Assembly (NCBI GenBank): GCA_030704615.1 | Contig: CM060732.1 | Coordinates: forward strand, 36,146,001-36,210,000 | Reading direction: 5' to 3' | Length of the DNA: 64,000 bases | DNA from: Takakia lepidozioides | Taxonomy: Eukaryota > Plantae > Bryophyta | Shown: piece after piece, positions 49,774 to 62,400 of the stretch | Position numbering within the stretch: the stretch's first letter is position 1 | Layout: each line of letters begins with the position of its first letter | Made by a program: the position numbers and the translations under genes | The notes under the pieces: model-generated | What the model saw: only the letters and a program-made list of their open reading frames with translations | Told to the model about the DNA's origin: nothing | Databases searched by the model: none

Positions 49774-50520
49774 GTGTGTGGGATGGGCAGCTGCGGAGAA
49801 AACGTGCACCGCAGATGCCCTGAAAACAGTGTGCGGCACCGCACACTATTTTGAGGACAACTGTATGGGAAAGGGGGGAAAAAAAAAAAAAAACCGTGTG
49901 CGGGATGGGCAGCTGCAAAACCGCAGATGCCTTAAAAGTAGTGTGCAGCATCGCACACAACTTTCAGGGCATCTGGGAACGAAAATAAATAAAAATGTGT
50001 GTGGGATGGGCAGTTGTAGAGAAAAAAAAAACACCACAGATGCCCTGAAAACAGTGTGCGGTGCCGCACACTGTTTTTCGGGCATCAGCTTGGGAAAGAA
50101 AAACCAAATAAAATAAAATAAAATAAAATAAAACTTGTGTGTGGGATGGGCATATGCAGAGAAAACGTGCTCCGCAGTTGCCGCATACTGTTTACCGGGC
50201 AGCTGCGAGGGAACGGAAAAAAAAAAAAAAAAAAAAAAAACTCGTGTGGGATGGCCATCCGCACAGTAAAACGTGCTCAGCAGAAGCCCTGGAAACAGTG
50301 TGCGGTGCCGCATACGGTTTTCCGGGCATCTGCGAGGGAACAAAAAAATAAAAAAACGAAAAAAATAAAAATAAAAACGTGTGTGGGGTGGGCAGCTGCA
50401 GAGAAAACAAGCACCGCAGATGCCCCGAAAGGAGTGTGCGGTGCCGCACACTACTTTCAGGGCATCTTCGTGGGAACAAAAAAAACAAAACGTGTGTGGG
50501 TGCCACAAACTACTTTTCAG
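49774..50520. repeat. About 100-140-bp tandem array (about 6 units), each with an internal palindrome and an A-rich linker
   Basis: Units start gtgtgggatggg near 49776, 49896, 49999, 50139, 50244 and 50381. Core gcagatgccctgaaaacagtgtgcgg/ccgcacactgtttttcgggcatc. Confidence 0.93.
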
Positions 50521-52142
50521 GCATATGCGGGGGAACCTTTCAAAAGTGCATTCGCTTGTGTAAAGTCAAACCGCATACATTGATTTCATCACTACGTTTG
50601 GACTGGTAAGAAAGCTTCGTGTAACCAGCACCCTCATTCTCTCTCACTTCAGCAATTGAACACTAATCAAATCGTTGTTTATGACACGAGGGCCGGGGAT
50701 GGGATGGATGTAAAAGACGTTATCTGCAATGACTGAAAATGGTAAGTCAATCCGCGGCTATAGGCGCATCCCGCGGAAATACACCCTGTAAGTTCGGAAT
50801 TCATAGTTGACGTGGCGTGAACCTATGTTGGGCTCACGGGCTCCTGGGCTCACAGGCTCACGCCTCCAGGTTCACGGTGTAGCAACCCCCATAAACATCC
50901 ATTTCACTATTCAGAAATTGATCGTCATATGAACCTTAGCAGCGCAGGCAGGCTTAGGGCGATTCCAGAGATGGTTCCTACACAGTTTGTCACATGGGCC
51001 TAGGGTTAGTATCCCACGGGGTCAATGGCCGTTAAGGTATGGTAAGCCAACGTTTGCAGGGTCAGCATCTTTCTCAAACACACACACGTTCACTTCTACG
51101 AAGCCAGCCACAGACATCATTCCGTCTTAAGATCGTACCTCCAGTCTAGCTCATTTTGATTCAGAGGCGGTTTCTCAATAAGCTACCGCCTCAATGCAAA
51201 TGGAAATGACTCAAACAAAATACCCTCTACAAGAAAATTCGCAAGCTTGTCATCTGCTACAAGGTTTCTCGGCCCTTCCAAGAAACTTGGACCTGCACAA
51301 CAGATGCATGCAATATAAGCGATAAACAAGTGATGGACGAATAAAGAGATCACCAGTAGTGTGACCACGTCCAGAGAATGCCGCAGGTGGCGAGGAACGC
51401 TTGTCACTCATACACATCCCGCACACGTTACTGGCACTCAATAATAACACAACCTGTGTATTCTTTTTTACTTTTGGGCAGTGATCGCTATGGCCAGGTC
51501 ATTCGGGAAAAGAGCAAGAGGAAAATGCATGCTGGATTGTTAACAAGAATTTGTGACAAATGAGGTGCAAAAACGAATTAATGTCAGGATCCGAGTTTCT
51601 AAGAGCTTGGTCTTTGTGAACGAAACTGACGTACAAAACGTTTTCAAAAGATAAAATGCAGCAGGAGTTAAACACCGAGCAAAGTCAACAAGAGCGCCTC
51701 GCACGGAGAAGCTCGAAAGCGCGGACGAACATCGTCTCCCGATCGAGTGTCCCGTGCAAGCAAGATGCGCGGAGTCCGCAGAGACAGCGAGGGACAGGCC
51801 ACGGTTTGCGTTGAGCACCGCTTGCAAGGTGAAACGATGGCGGGAAGGCCCAAAGCTTGCAACGATGGCAGGAAACGTGAAGCTTACGTGACAATGACAG
51901 ATCGTACTGGAGCTTCAAAGTCCAGGGAAACGTAGAGTGGAGACCCTATTGTTCCTCGCGATGCGCCTACGTGCCACTGTCAGTGCCAACATGTATTATT
52001 TCTATCATGCCCATAAGCGGTCTCATTAGTACAACAACCAAGAACGGGCAGAATTCAAGAAAACAAAACTCGCAGTCTTCATAAGGGCATATTAAACTTC
52101 TAATGCTAGAGCACTTTTTCTTGCAACCCCTTGCAAGTCTTG

Positions 52143-52687
52143 TGATACAAGAGCTAAATTCTCCTAGCTCTCAACCTCTTTAACATACAAGTGCAAAACT
52201 AATCCTTACACTCCGCACTCACAAGTATAAGGTGATCTTCTTGTAGTGATAAGAGATGAGAAATGAGAGAAGTAGAAGACAATGAAAACTCTCAAAGCAT
52301 GAAGTAATCACACTAAGAACAAGCCTTAATCCTTCCAAGTGAAATCCACTCTGTCACATAAACTAAGTCAAGCCAATGACACCCTTGCTAAGGGAATCCA
52401 CCCTACAAAGCCCTCAACACACTCCCTCTCAATACCTAGAGCTATAGAGCTATGGAGGTGAGAGAAGCTCATGGAGGCTCAACTACATGAAGATGAGCCT
52501 TCCTCAACCCTCACAAGGGGAAAACCATCCCCATGTCCCAAGTGAGGCTTGACACCTCACTTGGCATATAAGACCAAATGAAGTCCCAACACATAAAATA
52601 TAAATATAAATATCTAAAATGTCCTAATTAACTAGAAGTAGATAATTCTAGTTAACCATGACTAAAACCATGATATGTTTATTATCA
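52143..52687. mobile_element. Possible solo LTR
   Basis: TGATA...TATCA termini and LTR-like composition. No target-site duplication could be matched. Confidence 0.3.
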
Positions 52688-52938
52688 AGAAGTTGAACTC
52701 CAGACCTACATACCATGAAACTGTTCATCGACGGCATCTCATTCATTACAAATATGAACAAAATATTCTGGTGGCAACTGTCTCGATCAAATTGGAAAAG
52801 TAATTGAAGAAAAAAAGAAAGAAAAAGCGGCAATGCTTCAAAAATGGCTGAACCCTTTGCGTAGTCCTACCTTGAGAAGGGCCAATAAAAATAACCAAGG
52901 CCATCGTCCCCTCTTCTGTTTAAAAAAAAGAAAAAAAG

Positions 52939-53095
52939 ACCAAGTCAGTAGCTCAGTTGGTTAGTGCACAGCCTCCATGGCGCGGTGAAAGAGGTTATTT
53001 TCTCTTCTCAAGGGGCCTGATTAGTACGGTGAGCTGTCGCTCGGGCCAGGTGTTTCCCTGTATTTAAAAAAGAAAAGAAAAAGAAAAAGAAAGAA
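52939..53095 (+). mobile_element. tRNA-derived SINE
   Basis: Box A TAGCTCAGTTGG in a tRNA-like 5' end, an unrelated 3' body and an A-rich tail, inserted in an A-rich site. Confidence 0.7.
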
Positions 53096-53327
53096 TGAAT
53101 GAAGAATGAAGCTACAACTTCAACGCTGGCAACCCTAAGAAAAACAAGAACAAAGAAAAGGAGAGGTGCTCTGGAAGCCGAGTCTAGAGCACGAAAAGAG
53201 GCAGTTTTGATGAATGTGGACAGCGTCAGGAGTGTGTATTACCTTGTGGGTGCAACCCATGTGGTGATTTCATGGCGTGAGAAGTCTAACTGACAGATTC
53301 AGTGTTTCAAGAACATAGAGATCTACA

Positions 53328-56300
53328 ATGAGAAGGTCTTCGATAGGGGAGAGCATCAGTGGGATCAGCAAGATGGGTACAGGGGAGATGAAGGAAGGCT
53401 GTCATGTTGAGGAGCTACCAGACACATGTTTGCAGCGGTTTTCTGTTGGAGCTTTGCCTTCTATTTATTACATACCAGATTTCGTGACTACTAAAGAGCA
53501 GGATCGCCTGCTTCATCAGGTGGGTTAGGGTTACTTGACTTTCGCAAGTCATCCCACATTGAGAGAAGGTGGAAGTGTTCTCTATGGCTGCTAACGATCA
53601 GGACATGATAGAATATTGTGAATGGTATCGCAAGTGTGGCGCTTCTTGTGTGAGGGGAGACTGGTCGCAAATACATGATCTAGGCGTTCGAAAGATAGAA
53701 CCCTGATTCTTTATACGCACCGATGACAAAGGCCCGATTTTGCAGCTGGAAACTCAAGGTGGGCAGCCACTAGACCCCCTTTTCAGGTGCATATCTGCAA
53801 GACAGATCCAGCAATGAATTGCTGCAATGGAAGTCTCAAGTGCTTCTCAGTATTATGCCACCTCCCTTACCTTGGGAAGTCTAGCCTCTGGGAATCATCG
53901 ACTCCCGTGGGATGCAAGAATTATGCCGTGGGCGATCCCCTTACGTGTCTTTTTCTTCCACAGCCCTGAAGATTGGAACTCCTAAAGGTGGCAGGGATGA
54001 CTGTCTCTGAATGTTAGTGCCAGTAGGTTAGTTTGAAATCTTTCTTCGGTTGGGCAATCACTCTGTGCTTTCTGCCCCCTCATATGTTGTTACTGTAGGG
54101 CTGCGTTCCTTTTCTCAAGGCACCCCATGCATGCTCATTTGTTCATTTGCCTTGTGCTTGCAGGTTAATGCTGCCCCTCTGGCCAAGTGGAAGGTCTTGA
54201 AGAACAGACGGCTTCAAAATTGGGGTATGTCCGAAGAAGCTTCCTGGTTCTCTTGAAGAAATTGATGGAGTTATGATAGTATTCCCAAAAGTGTGTACAA
54301 AGGATAATTTGTGAAGACCAAAAGCAACTTTGAAAGTTTGCTATGTCTTCCACGGCGGATTGTCCCATGGTGTTTTGAATTGCCCAAGGTATACTAACTG
54401 TCAGCTGATGGTGAGTGGTGGTTGGGTGGAGCAGGAGGCGTGGTGCATGAGAAGGGGCTGCTATCACAGTTGTGTCGGTATCACCTTCCCGTACCTTGTT
54501 TCTCGTTTCTCGGAAGTTATTGTGGTTGGACTCTCATATTTCAGCCTGGCAAGAGCAGCTGCATGAATTGGGTTGAGAGAGAAAGCAAAGCTGAACCATT
54601 GTTTATAGGTCATGAATGTAGGATGGTCACAAAGTTGAAGGTGGTTGTTGAAGTACGGTTCAACCTCTTGATTTTGGGAAGATTCCATTTTGCCTTAGAT
54701 GGCTGCAGTGCCACCATGGTTGACAGCTATAACGGAGAGGATAGCCCAATGCACAAGGCTGTTTCCATCACCGATCAACCATGTACTGGTGAACGAGTAT
54801 CTACCAGGCCAGGGTATCATGGTGTGTGCTTTCTTATCCAAATCTCTACATCCTCTCCAAAGTCTCTGCTTTAATCTATTTCCCAATGCTCCCCTTTTTT
54901 GGTGCCTTCATCCTTATTGATGAGGCTATTGCGCTCCATTTCATGATTAGCTTACAGTTCTGTAAACTAGCTCAAGTCATGCATGCACAAAGGGTGCTGT
55001 GGTTATCCTTTTTTGTCGAGTTGATTCACCACATCCCAAGTGGATGCTTTGGACTCAGTCTCTATCCTGTGTTGGATGGACCTTTATAATGTGGGAGAAG
55101 GCATGCCACAATGAACTAGTTGAGCTTCTAGCAGTCAGTTAAATTATACCAGTGAAAGAAGGTTGGTGAGCATTCTGTGTCATGTGTGTACAGGGTGGAT
55201 GTTTTTGGTGGAATGTATGCTTGCTTACTTGCCTCTGTTACATGTGTATGTAGGACTGTCATTTAGTGATCTTGTGCTTGGGCGTGGGTGCAGCCGCATC
55301 AAGATGGCCCGCTCTACTATCCAGTGGTGGTGATCTTGTCGCTTGGATCTCCTGCCTTAATGCACTTCACACCGCATGCTCGTATCCTGGGATCCCATGA
55401 GGAGGATGTCCTTGACTTGTCAACAGTGCGAGGTGTGCACGGTTACTGTTCTTCTCTTGTGTAATAATTTCTCCATTCTGTGTGCTGGTATTGCCAGGGT
55501 TGCTCCTTGGCGCACTTTCCCTTTGAGTGTCTGCTGTGGTGTATGGAAGGCGGAATGAACCCTTGAAAGTGAGCTTCCAATGGCGGTAGGGGCTGCCTCC
55601 TACATGTCACAAAACAACCGTTTAGCAGATGTTAGGTGAGTGACTGCAATTCCGGTTGTAGAACTCATGTTGCACTCCACAATTCTTGTGTGTGTGGGGA
55701 GAGAGCCAAAAAGAAAGGGAAAGGGAGAGAGCAGTTGCATTGTCTTGCACGTCTCTGGGTTGTCCATTCGGACAAGCTTTGCATGAATGACTTCCTGGCA
55801 ATTCACAGGTGCTGATGAGCAAGGCCAACAACTTACAAGGTGCACGGAAGGGGAGCATCAAAGGCTAGCCAGATTCTCAGTGGCACTGATGCCTGGGAGT
55901 TTGCTCATCTTCAAAGACTCCGCATATGAAGGTGTGTGGTTCCTTGCATAAGCCAATGTAGCACCAAGAGAAGGTGTACGCCGCCGTGTCTTTTGCTACC
56001 CGTTGTGTTGATAGATGGTGTACACGTGTTTTGTCTGCAGACTATCTGCACGGGATCGATGAAAGCTTTGAACATGTGCTTGATGACACGGTATGCCTCC
56101 TATGCCATACTTCTTTTCTTCAACTATGTACAGTTCCAAGTGTGTAGCATGGGGGTCAGTCCCATCCTTGGGCTTCTTCTTTCATGAATTGAAAGGGACT
56201 GTTTGAGGTTGTGTGCATATTTGAATTTTGGAGGATAATGAGGAGATAAACTGTATCTCACCTGCAGGTCATCAATTTGGAAGCATGCCCGTCTCAAGCT

Positions 56301-56504
56301 GAACATATGGAAGCATGCAATGTTCTTCACGATGGTCTGGCAGAGAGATCCATGGAGTGGAAGAATGTTGATAACATGCAAGAAAAGGAGACGAGCCTAG
56401 AAGGTGCGACACCAGTGAGGGGTAACATCAGAAGGACTGGAACTCGCATCTCACTCACGTGCCGCTTGGTGTCAAGAGTACAGAAGAATTTTTTGCGACT
56501 TTAG
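53328..56504 (+). CDS. ALKBH6: AlkB homolog 6, 2-oxoglutarate/Fe(II) dioxygenase (8 exons)
   Basis: Exons encode LPSIYYIPDFVT, LKNRRLQNWG, GVVHEKGL, PPWL...INHVLVNEYLPGQGIM, PHQDGPLYYPVV (HxD), SLLIFKDSAY, DYLHGI and RTGTRISLTCRLV. The start codon is 53328 or a later in-frame ATG. Confidence 0.93.
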
Positions 56505-56755
56505 GCTCTTCATTGCTGACACTATCTTAATCCTGGGATTCTCTTTCCTGTCATCATTCAAACCAGCAAATGGCTTAGTATTGGCAAACTATGGTGGGAC
56601 TGTCCAAGAAATTGATGCCTGCTTTCTAGGTCGGAACATATGGAGGTGCTAAAATGCCTCATGAGCCAGGTTTGGTGACTGTGAGAAGAAAGGCTGAAGT
56701 GTAAGTCTAGACTTCTGAATGTCTGAATGCTTTCAGAGATGCAGATGATGGAGGT

Positions 56756-58390
56756 CTATCTCTTTGACCTTCTTTCAATGTCCAATGGACCGGCTGATCT
56801 CTTGCTCCAGCTGCGCCTCTGCAACTTTTGCTTCTGTCTCCAACTTGCAAGCCAGTTTGCAACCTGCAGATATCATAGTTCCAATTTGCAAAGGAATTTT
56901 GTGATGAATACAGAATTTTGTCCAATTAATACCAAAAGGAAAGCCTAAGGGTTTAACAGAAGTGCAGTTGAGGTGGACTTACAGACAATGGCCCTAGTAT
57001 CTGTGACTGGCTCCATTGTGAGTTATCTAGGTAGAGCTGGTGTATGGGTGCAACTAGCTAAGCACATTGACACCACTTTATTGTCTTAGATATTACAGAC
57101 CTCTGAGTCCAGGAACTGCCAGACAGAAGGGAGTATAGACAGTCTCCTTTCAGTTTATGATAAAACAGTGCAAGGTTCATGAAATGGTGAGTTTCTTAAA
57201 TTGGAATGACACAGCTTATCAATTTGATGATGATGAGTTTACCTGTACAGGGCTCAGCCCTGTCATCAGGACCAGTTGTGTTTTCTCTTCTTTTGAAGGA
57301 TATGCTTCATCAACAGAGTCATGTTCAGCTATCCAATCTTGCAGTACAGCCACTGAGTGTGGAGGGAGTGCCTCCCGTCTGCCAACTCGCTTGCATTTTC
57401 TTGCTTTTCTCACTGAGCACATCGTGGCACTAGGTGTCCTCTGGTTTCCACCACCTTCGGGCTGCATGTCACTGTCGGTTGTGATAACCTTCGGGTAATT
57501 CTTGTGTTCTTGGAGACAGGAGGTTGATGCCTTGGCAGGGTAAGAGGCCATGTGTTTCTGTGGAGATGATGCCTCATCTGTAGCAAAGGTGCTGCTCGTC
57601 TCCATGGTAGCAGAAGAGTTTGAGTCACAGGTGCTTGGGTGGCTAGCCTTGATTTTCTTGACTGTTGGCCCAATGTCCGTGTCAGCTGACTTATCAATCA
57701 GTAAGACACCATGCTCAAGAATGTTGGAGGTTTTGCTGGAGTCTCCGGAGCTCTCTGCTTTATGCAGCAGATGACATTCATGATTGTGAGTCATCTCTTC
57801 TTGGAACTTGGAAGGGAGAAGCAGCAAGTAGTGGTCCACAACATTGTCCAAAACTTGGCTTTCCTTCTCATCAGCGGTCTCACCTCTTGCACATTCTGTC
57901 ATTGCCATCTGCAAGGAGGATGCAAGTCCCACACTCCGAAGGTTCTCCCTCTCTGTATGATTCCCTCTTTCATTGGCAATATTCACAGATTCGGTAGGGG
58001 ATCGAGTGAAACTGGCCAAAGTTAAATCACTTTGCAAGCTGTTCTCAGTTCTTTCACTCAAAAGTGCCTCTGGGACCAGACAGGAATCTATGACAACCTC
58101 TTGTGAAGCATATGGAATATTACAGGATGTTTCCCAGAACTGATAGGTTGAGTAGTCAGGCTCCAAGCTTGTGAGGCTTGAATTGCAGAAAGTCTCTGTA
58201 CTAACAACATCACTGTGAGACTCCAGAAGGCCAGGGAAGAGGTCAGAAAGACTATCAAACGTCTGTTCATCCGTTCTTTGCTTCCTTACCTCTTCTGAAG
58301 AGGTGATTGGCATGGGAAATTCTCTAAAACGAAGAGTCAGATTTCCTGACAATCTGATCTTACGAAATCCTTCACGGTTCATATCAGTTT
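56756..58390 (-). CDS. Divergent TALE-class homeodomain protein
   Basis: A large exon (58390-57243) ends LPPHSVAVLQDWIAEHDSVDEAYPSKEEKTQLVLMTGLSPVQ|gt and splices in frame to 56863-56756 (VANWLASWRQKQK...stop). The 5' start is uncertain. Confidence 0.78.
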
Positions 58391-59496
58391 CTGCACAAAA
58401 CACACATTACCTACACAAACACAACATTCTTATGGTGATGTAAGTACTAGTGAAGAAACACAGCTTCCTCCCGTCCTCTTGATTCATGTGTTTATGGCCT
58501 CTTCATCGCCGAGGTGTGGCTGCCGCAGCAATATCCTAGATGTAACTGCCGCCACCAAAAACAAACAAAACAGGCACAGATATGAAAAGACCAGTCTAAC
58601 AACTAATTAAACCCTATCTCTGACAACTCCTGTCCCGCCGCAGCCTGCCATGCTACAGGCAGCTCACCATCAGTCTTGAAAACCATACTACCTACCTAGC
58701 GCATCAAAGAAACTCTAGAGGAGCGGGGCCACCATACTCCTCCCAGCAGGTCGTGACCAACACTCTTCTTCTCGGCCACATGGCATTGCCTCACTGACGC
58801 TCTGCTGCGTCAACCGCCATGGATCGCAGCCCTGCGTCGCCTGCAGCACGTGGCACTCAGTGTCTGGCAAGCGCCTCCCTCAGACCTTTTGTCGGCCCCC
58901 TCTCCAATCATCTCCCCTACGCCCTCTCTACGTACACCACCGCATACAGTACGAATACAGTAAAGCCGCGCGAAGAGAGCCCGCCTTCTTCTGCCAGGCG
59001 TGAACTTTCAACTCACACCTATAATCCCTCCTCCATTAGTAGCCCCCAGAATTGGCCACGAACAAATTACCTCCAGGAAGGTTACGTAGTCCTGCCCGGG
59101 GCCGGGGGAATGGCGGAATATGTATATTTGTGGCCGGGCGGGCGATTCTAGGGATGAGAAATGAATAAAAAAGAGGAGGAAAGAGGGGCCGAGTTTGAAA
59201 GGATGGGCGCTCCTCTGTCTGCGCGGCTATGGCGCGCGCTCTGCTGCTTGCAGAGAGCGCTCCATATCAGAGCGCAGCGATGGAGTCCTTGCGGCGAGGA
59301 TATGCATGGGAGGGACTTCCTTTAGTTTGTTCAAATGTTTTGTGATTGTGAACTGACATAGATTTGTGTGTACAGTACAAATGTGGAAATGTTGTGAGGG
59401 TAGATTGATAGATTGATGTAAGTAGATGTGTGGAGTTGCGAGGAGAGTGTGTTGTGGATTGGATTGGATTTGAGGAGGTGGGGGGGGGGGGGGGAG

Positions 59497-62400
59497 ATGG
59501 GAAGGGAGGGGATGTCGCAGAGCAAAGTGATGGGGAAGGGGAGGAGTGGGAGTGGGAGTGGGGGAAAGGGGGGAGGGCCGTCCTCGCAACTGTTGTTGAT
59601 TGAGCTCAAGCACCGGATTCTGGCAGCGCTGAACAAGCTGGCGGACCGAGACACGCAGCAGCTTGCGGTGGAGGATATGGAGCGCATCGCAGAGAGCCTG
59701 TCCCCGGAAGGGCTGTCACTTTGTCTTTCCTGCCTCTACGATACGGACGTGCAGCAGAAGAGCGTTGTAAGGCGGGAATCGGTGAAGATGTTGGGGACCC
59801 TGGCCACACTGCATGGGGAGCTGCTGGCCCCGCATTTGCCTAAGATGGTGGCCAACATTGTGAGGCGACTTAAGGATCCTGACTCCAATATACGCGATGC
59901 CTGCGTTGAGACCATGGGAACTTTGGCTGCCCAGATTGGAGGTGGGGAGCGCGGCTCGACTATCAATGTTTTTGTGAAGCCGCTGTTTGAGGCCCTGAGT
60001 GAACAGAACCGGAATTTGCAGGTGGGGGCTGCTCTTTGTCTGGCGCGGGTCATTGATTGTACCAAGGATCCACACCCCGCCACATTGCAGCGGCTCTGTC
60101 CCCGGATTGTGAAGCTTCTAGGCAGCACCAACTTCTTAGCCAAAGCTTCCTTGCTCACTACCATTGGAGGCCTTGCACAGGTTATTCATCGCCCGCCCTT
60201 TTCCTACAGTCATATTTTTGGTGCCCATTGGTTAGATAAGATAATGTTGGGGATCCTGGCCACCACAGCCCAGTACATTCTCACACGCAGACTCTGAATC
60301 ACTACATCCTCTATATGTGTTGTTTGCAGCATGAAATTGTATGATAGCAAACAGAGTAATGTGGATATAGCGAATCTGCCAACCCTGGGACAATCACAAT
60401 GGCAAGGGATTCACATATTATTTAGAAATATTGGTGACCTTTCAACTCTCATGTGAAAGCAACAGATCCTCTATCTAATAACAGTCCAGCATATCCACTC
60501 TCTTTTGCGTACCAGTTCCCAGATTGGTAGAGAAGCTCCAAATTTTTGCTGGCAACTTTTTCATATAGGAACCTCAGCTGAAACTGGCGTCAACATTTAA
60601 ACAAATTATACTGGAAATATGGTTGTGTATTTGGTGTTTTGTGGAATGGGCGAACGGACCCCATGAGGAGGGAAATTATCCCGACATAGAGACTGAAGAA
60701 TCAAAGTCGTTTCAAAATCTTAATAACCACCAAATTTGGTGCAGTTGGGAAACCTAGTAAATGACCATCTAGATCTGAGTGAGTTGTGAGGGTGGGATAG
60801 ACACATAGAGGAGTTGAGGAATATTACTAGGCTTTGTCTTAAAAGCTAATAAGTGAGGCTTACCTGTACAAATTCTTGAAGCATAACAAGTTGGCATTAT
60901 AAATCTAGTGGTCTAACAGAAAAGATTACTCTAGGAGTCCTAAAAGGTGTTTTTCTGATTAGTTTTGACACCACTTGGAGATGTTGCAAGTTGTACCATT
61001 TAGGGCTATTGTCTCCATCAGGATAGGGATGGTGTGAAGTGCCACCCTGGTGTCCTTGTTCCAGCTTTTCCAGGCTTGAGGTCTAGAAGCTCCTAAATAA
61101 TCTTACTTGCACAGGAATCCTGCTCCTAGCTGGCTTCCCACTTCAGACCCTGGTGCCCTAGCCCCTGGACTGTACCGTGCTCAGTTTGGGCAGAGTAGGT
61201 AAAATGAGGCTACCTCTGGGACTAAAGATAGGTAGTCTTAGTGTATCAGTTTACTGAATGACTGGATATAAACCTTAGACTGCATGGAGTCTTTAGGCAC
61301 TAATAATCCTCGGATCCATATCCTGAAGCTGGTCTAAGGACCTGAAGCAGTATAGATAATTCAACTGCTAGGTGGAGCCCTCACACACAGGGCTAACATC
61401 GTTCTCCTGCACAACCTTTCCCTCGGAGCTCAATTCTGGGACTTTTCAACTTTTAGGTTGCTGTAGAGGGGACATTTTGTGGTCTCTCCTCTACCAGTAC
61501 CAGGATACTGTGACAAGTCTCTTTCATATTGGCTTTGAGTCATGTGCTCTGTCACCTTTACCTCCGTGCCTGCCACTGTCTCGGTCTGCACACAGTATTT
61601 TTTAACTGGACAGTTTGTCACTATTGAACTTGTGATTTTTGTGAATGGTAAAGATGGAAGTTAACTCTTTTCTCAGCATACACTCAAAATGGGAATTTAA
61701 ATGAAGACAAGGTAGAGTCCATGGCAGACACAGTAAACAGGTGAAGGGTGGCCAGAGATTGGCTTCCGTACAGGCCCCTGCATAACATACAGGTCAGACA
61801 AAGTGAGGTTTGAATACATACTAGACTATATAGCTGAAAGCAATGGATTGGAAAGATAACTGCTCAGGCCACCCTCCAAGGAGTAAGGAGTGTGAAAAGA
61901 AACTAAGTAGGCAGGGAGGTAGATACAAAAAGCGGAGGGAGCATTCACATGTAATTTTACAGCAGGACAACAGTAATTCACAAGGAATTTGGGTAAACAG
62001 AGATGCCCAACCCTGTTGTGAGGATGGTTATATACACTGGGATTGAAGACAGAGCAATGCAGTGATGTACATCAATGTGCTCTTGCATTTGCACATTAGG
62101 TCACTTGGGCAAAGATCATAGAGATTATATGTAGTGAAACATGCTTCCAATCAGCATCAAGTTGTTCTACTAGACCACAAATGTAGCTGGGCACTGGAAG
62201 AAGGTAAATGTTGTCATCCTTTCAGCATGTTTGATTGTGCCCTTTGATGTTGAAATCTGTGAGCACTATTGTTGTTCACATTTGCACTATGACTCGGCAC
62301 TGGTAGGATCACTTCTTTTGTTGTCCTGCTTGTACACCTACAATTGATGCCCTCTGTTATCTGTTTTTCTGATTACGAGTGGCCCACGCAGGTAGCAGGA

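Noticed and set aside
49774-50520. CRISPR-like appearance of the palindromic repeat array
   Set aside because: The linkers are low-complexity A runs rather than unique spacers, the units are long and divergent, no cas genes are present, and the context is eukaryotic.
49685-50609. Several overlapping ORFs of 100-220 aa
   Set aside because: These are artefacts of the tandem array (poly-Lys and poly-Phe runs) with no protein motif.
51130-51300. Exon-like segments on the minus strand
   Set aside because: Splice-like signals are present, but no recognisable protein emerges and stops follow, so the evidence is insufficient.
52939-53010. tRNA gene
   Set aside because: Only box A and the D-arm region are tRNA-like. 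There is no intact T-arm or acceptor stem and an A-rich tail follows, so it was called a SINE.
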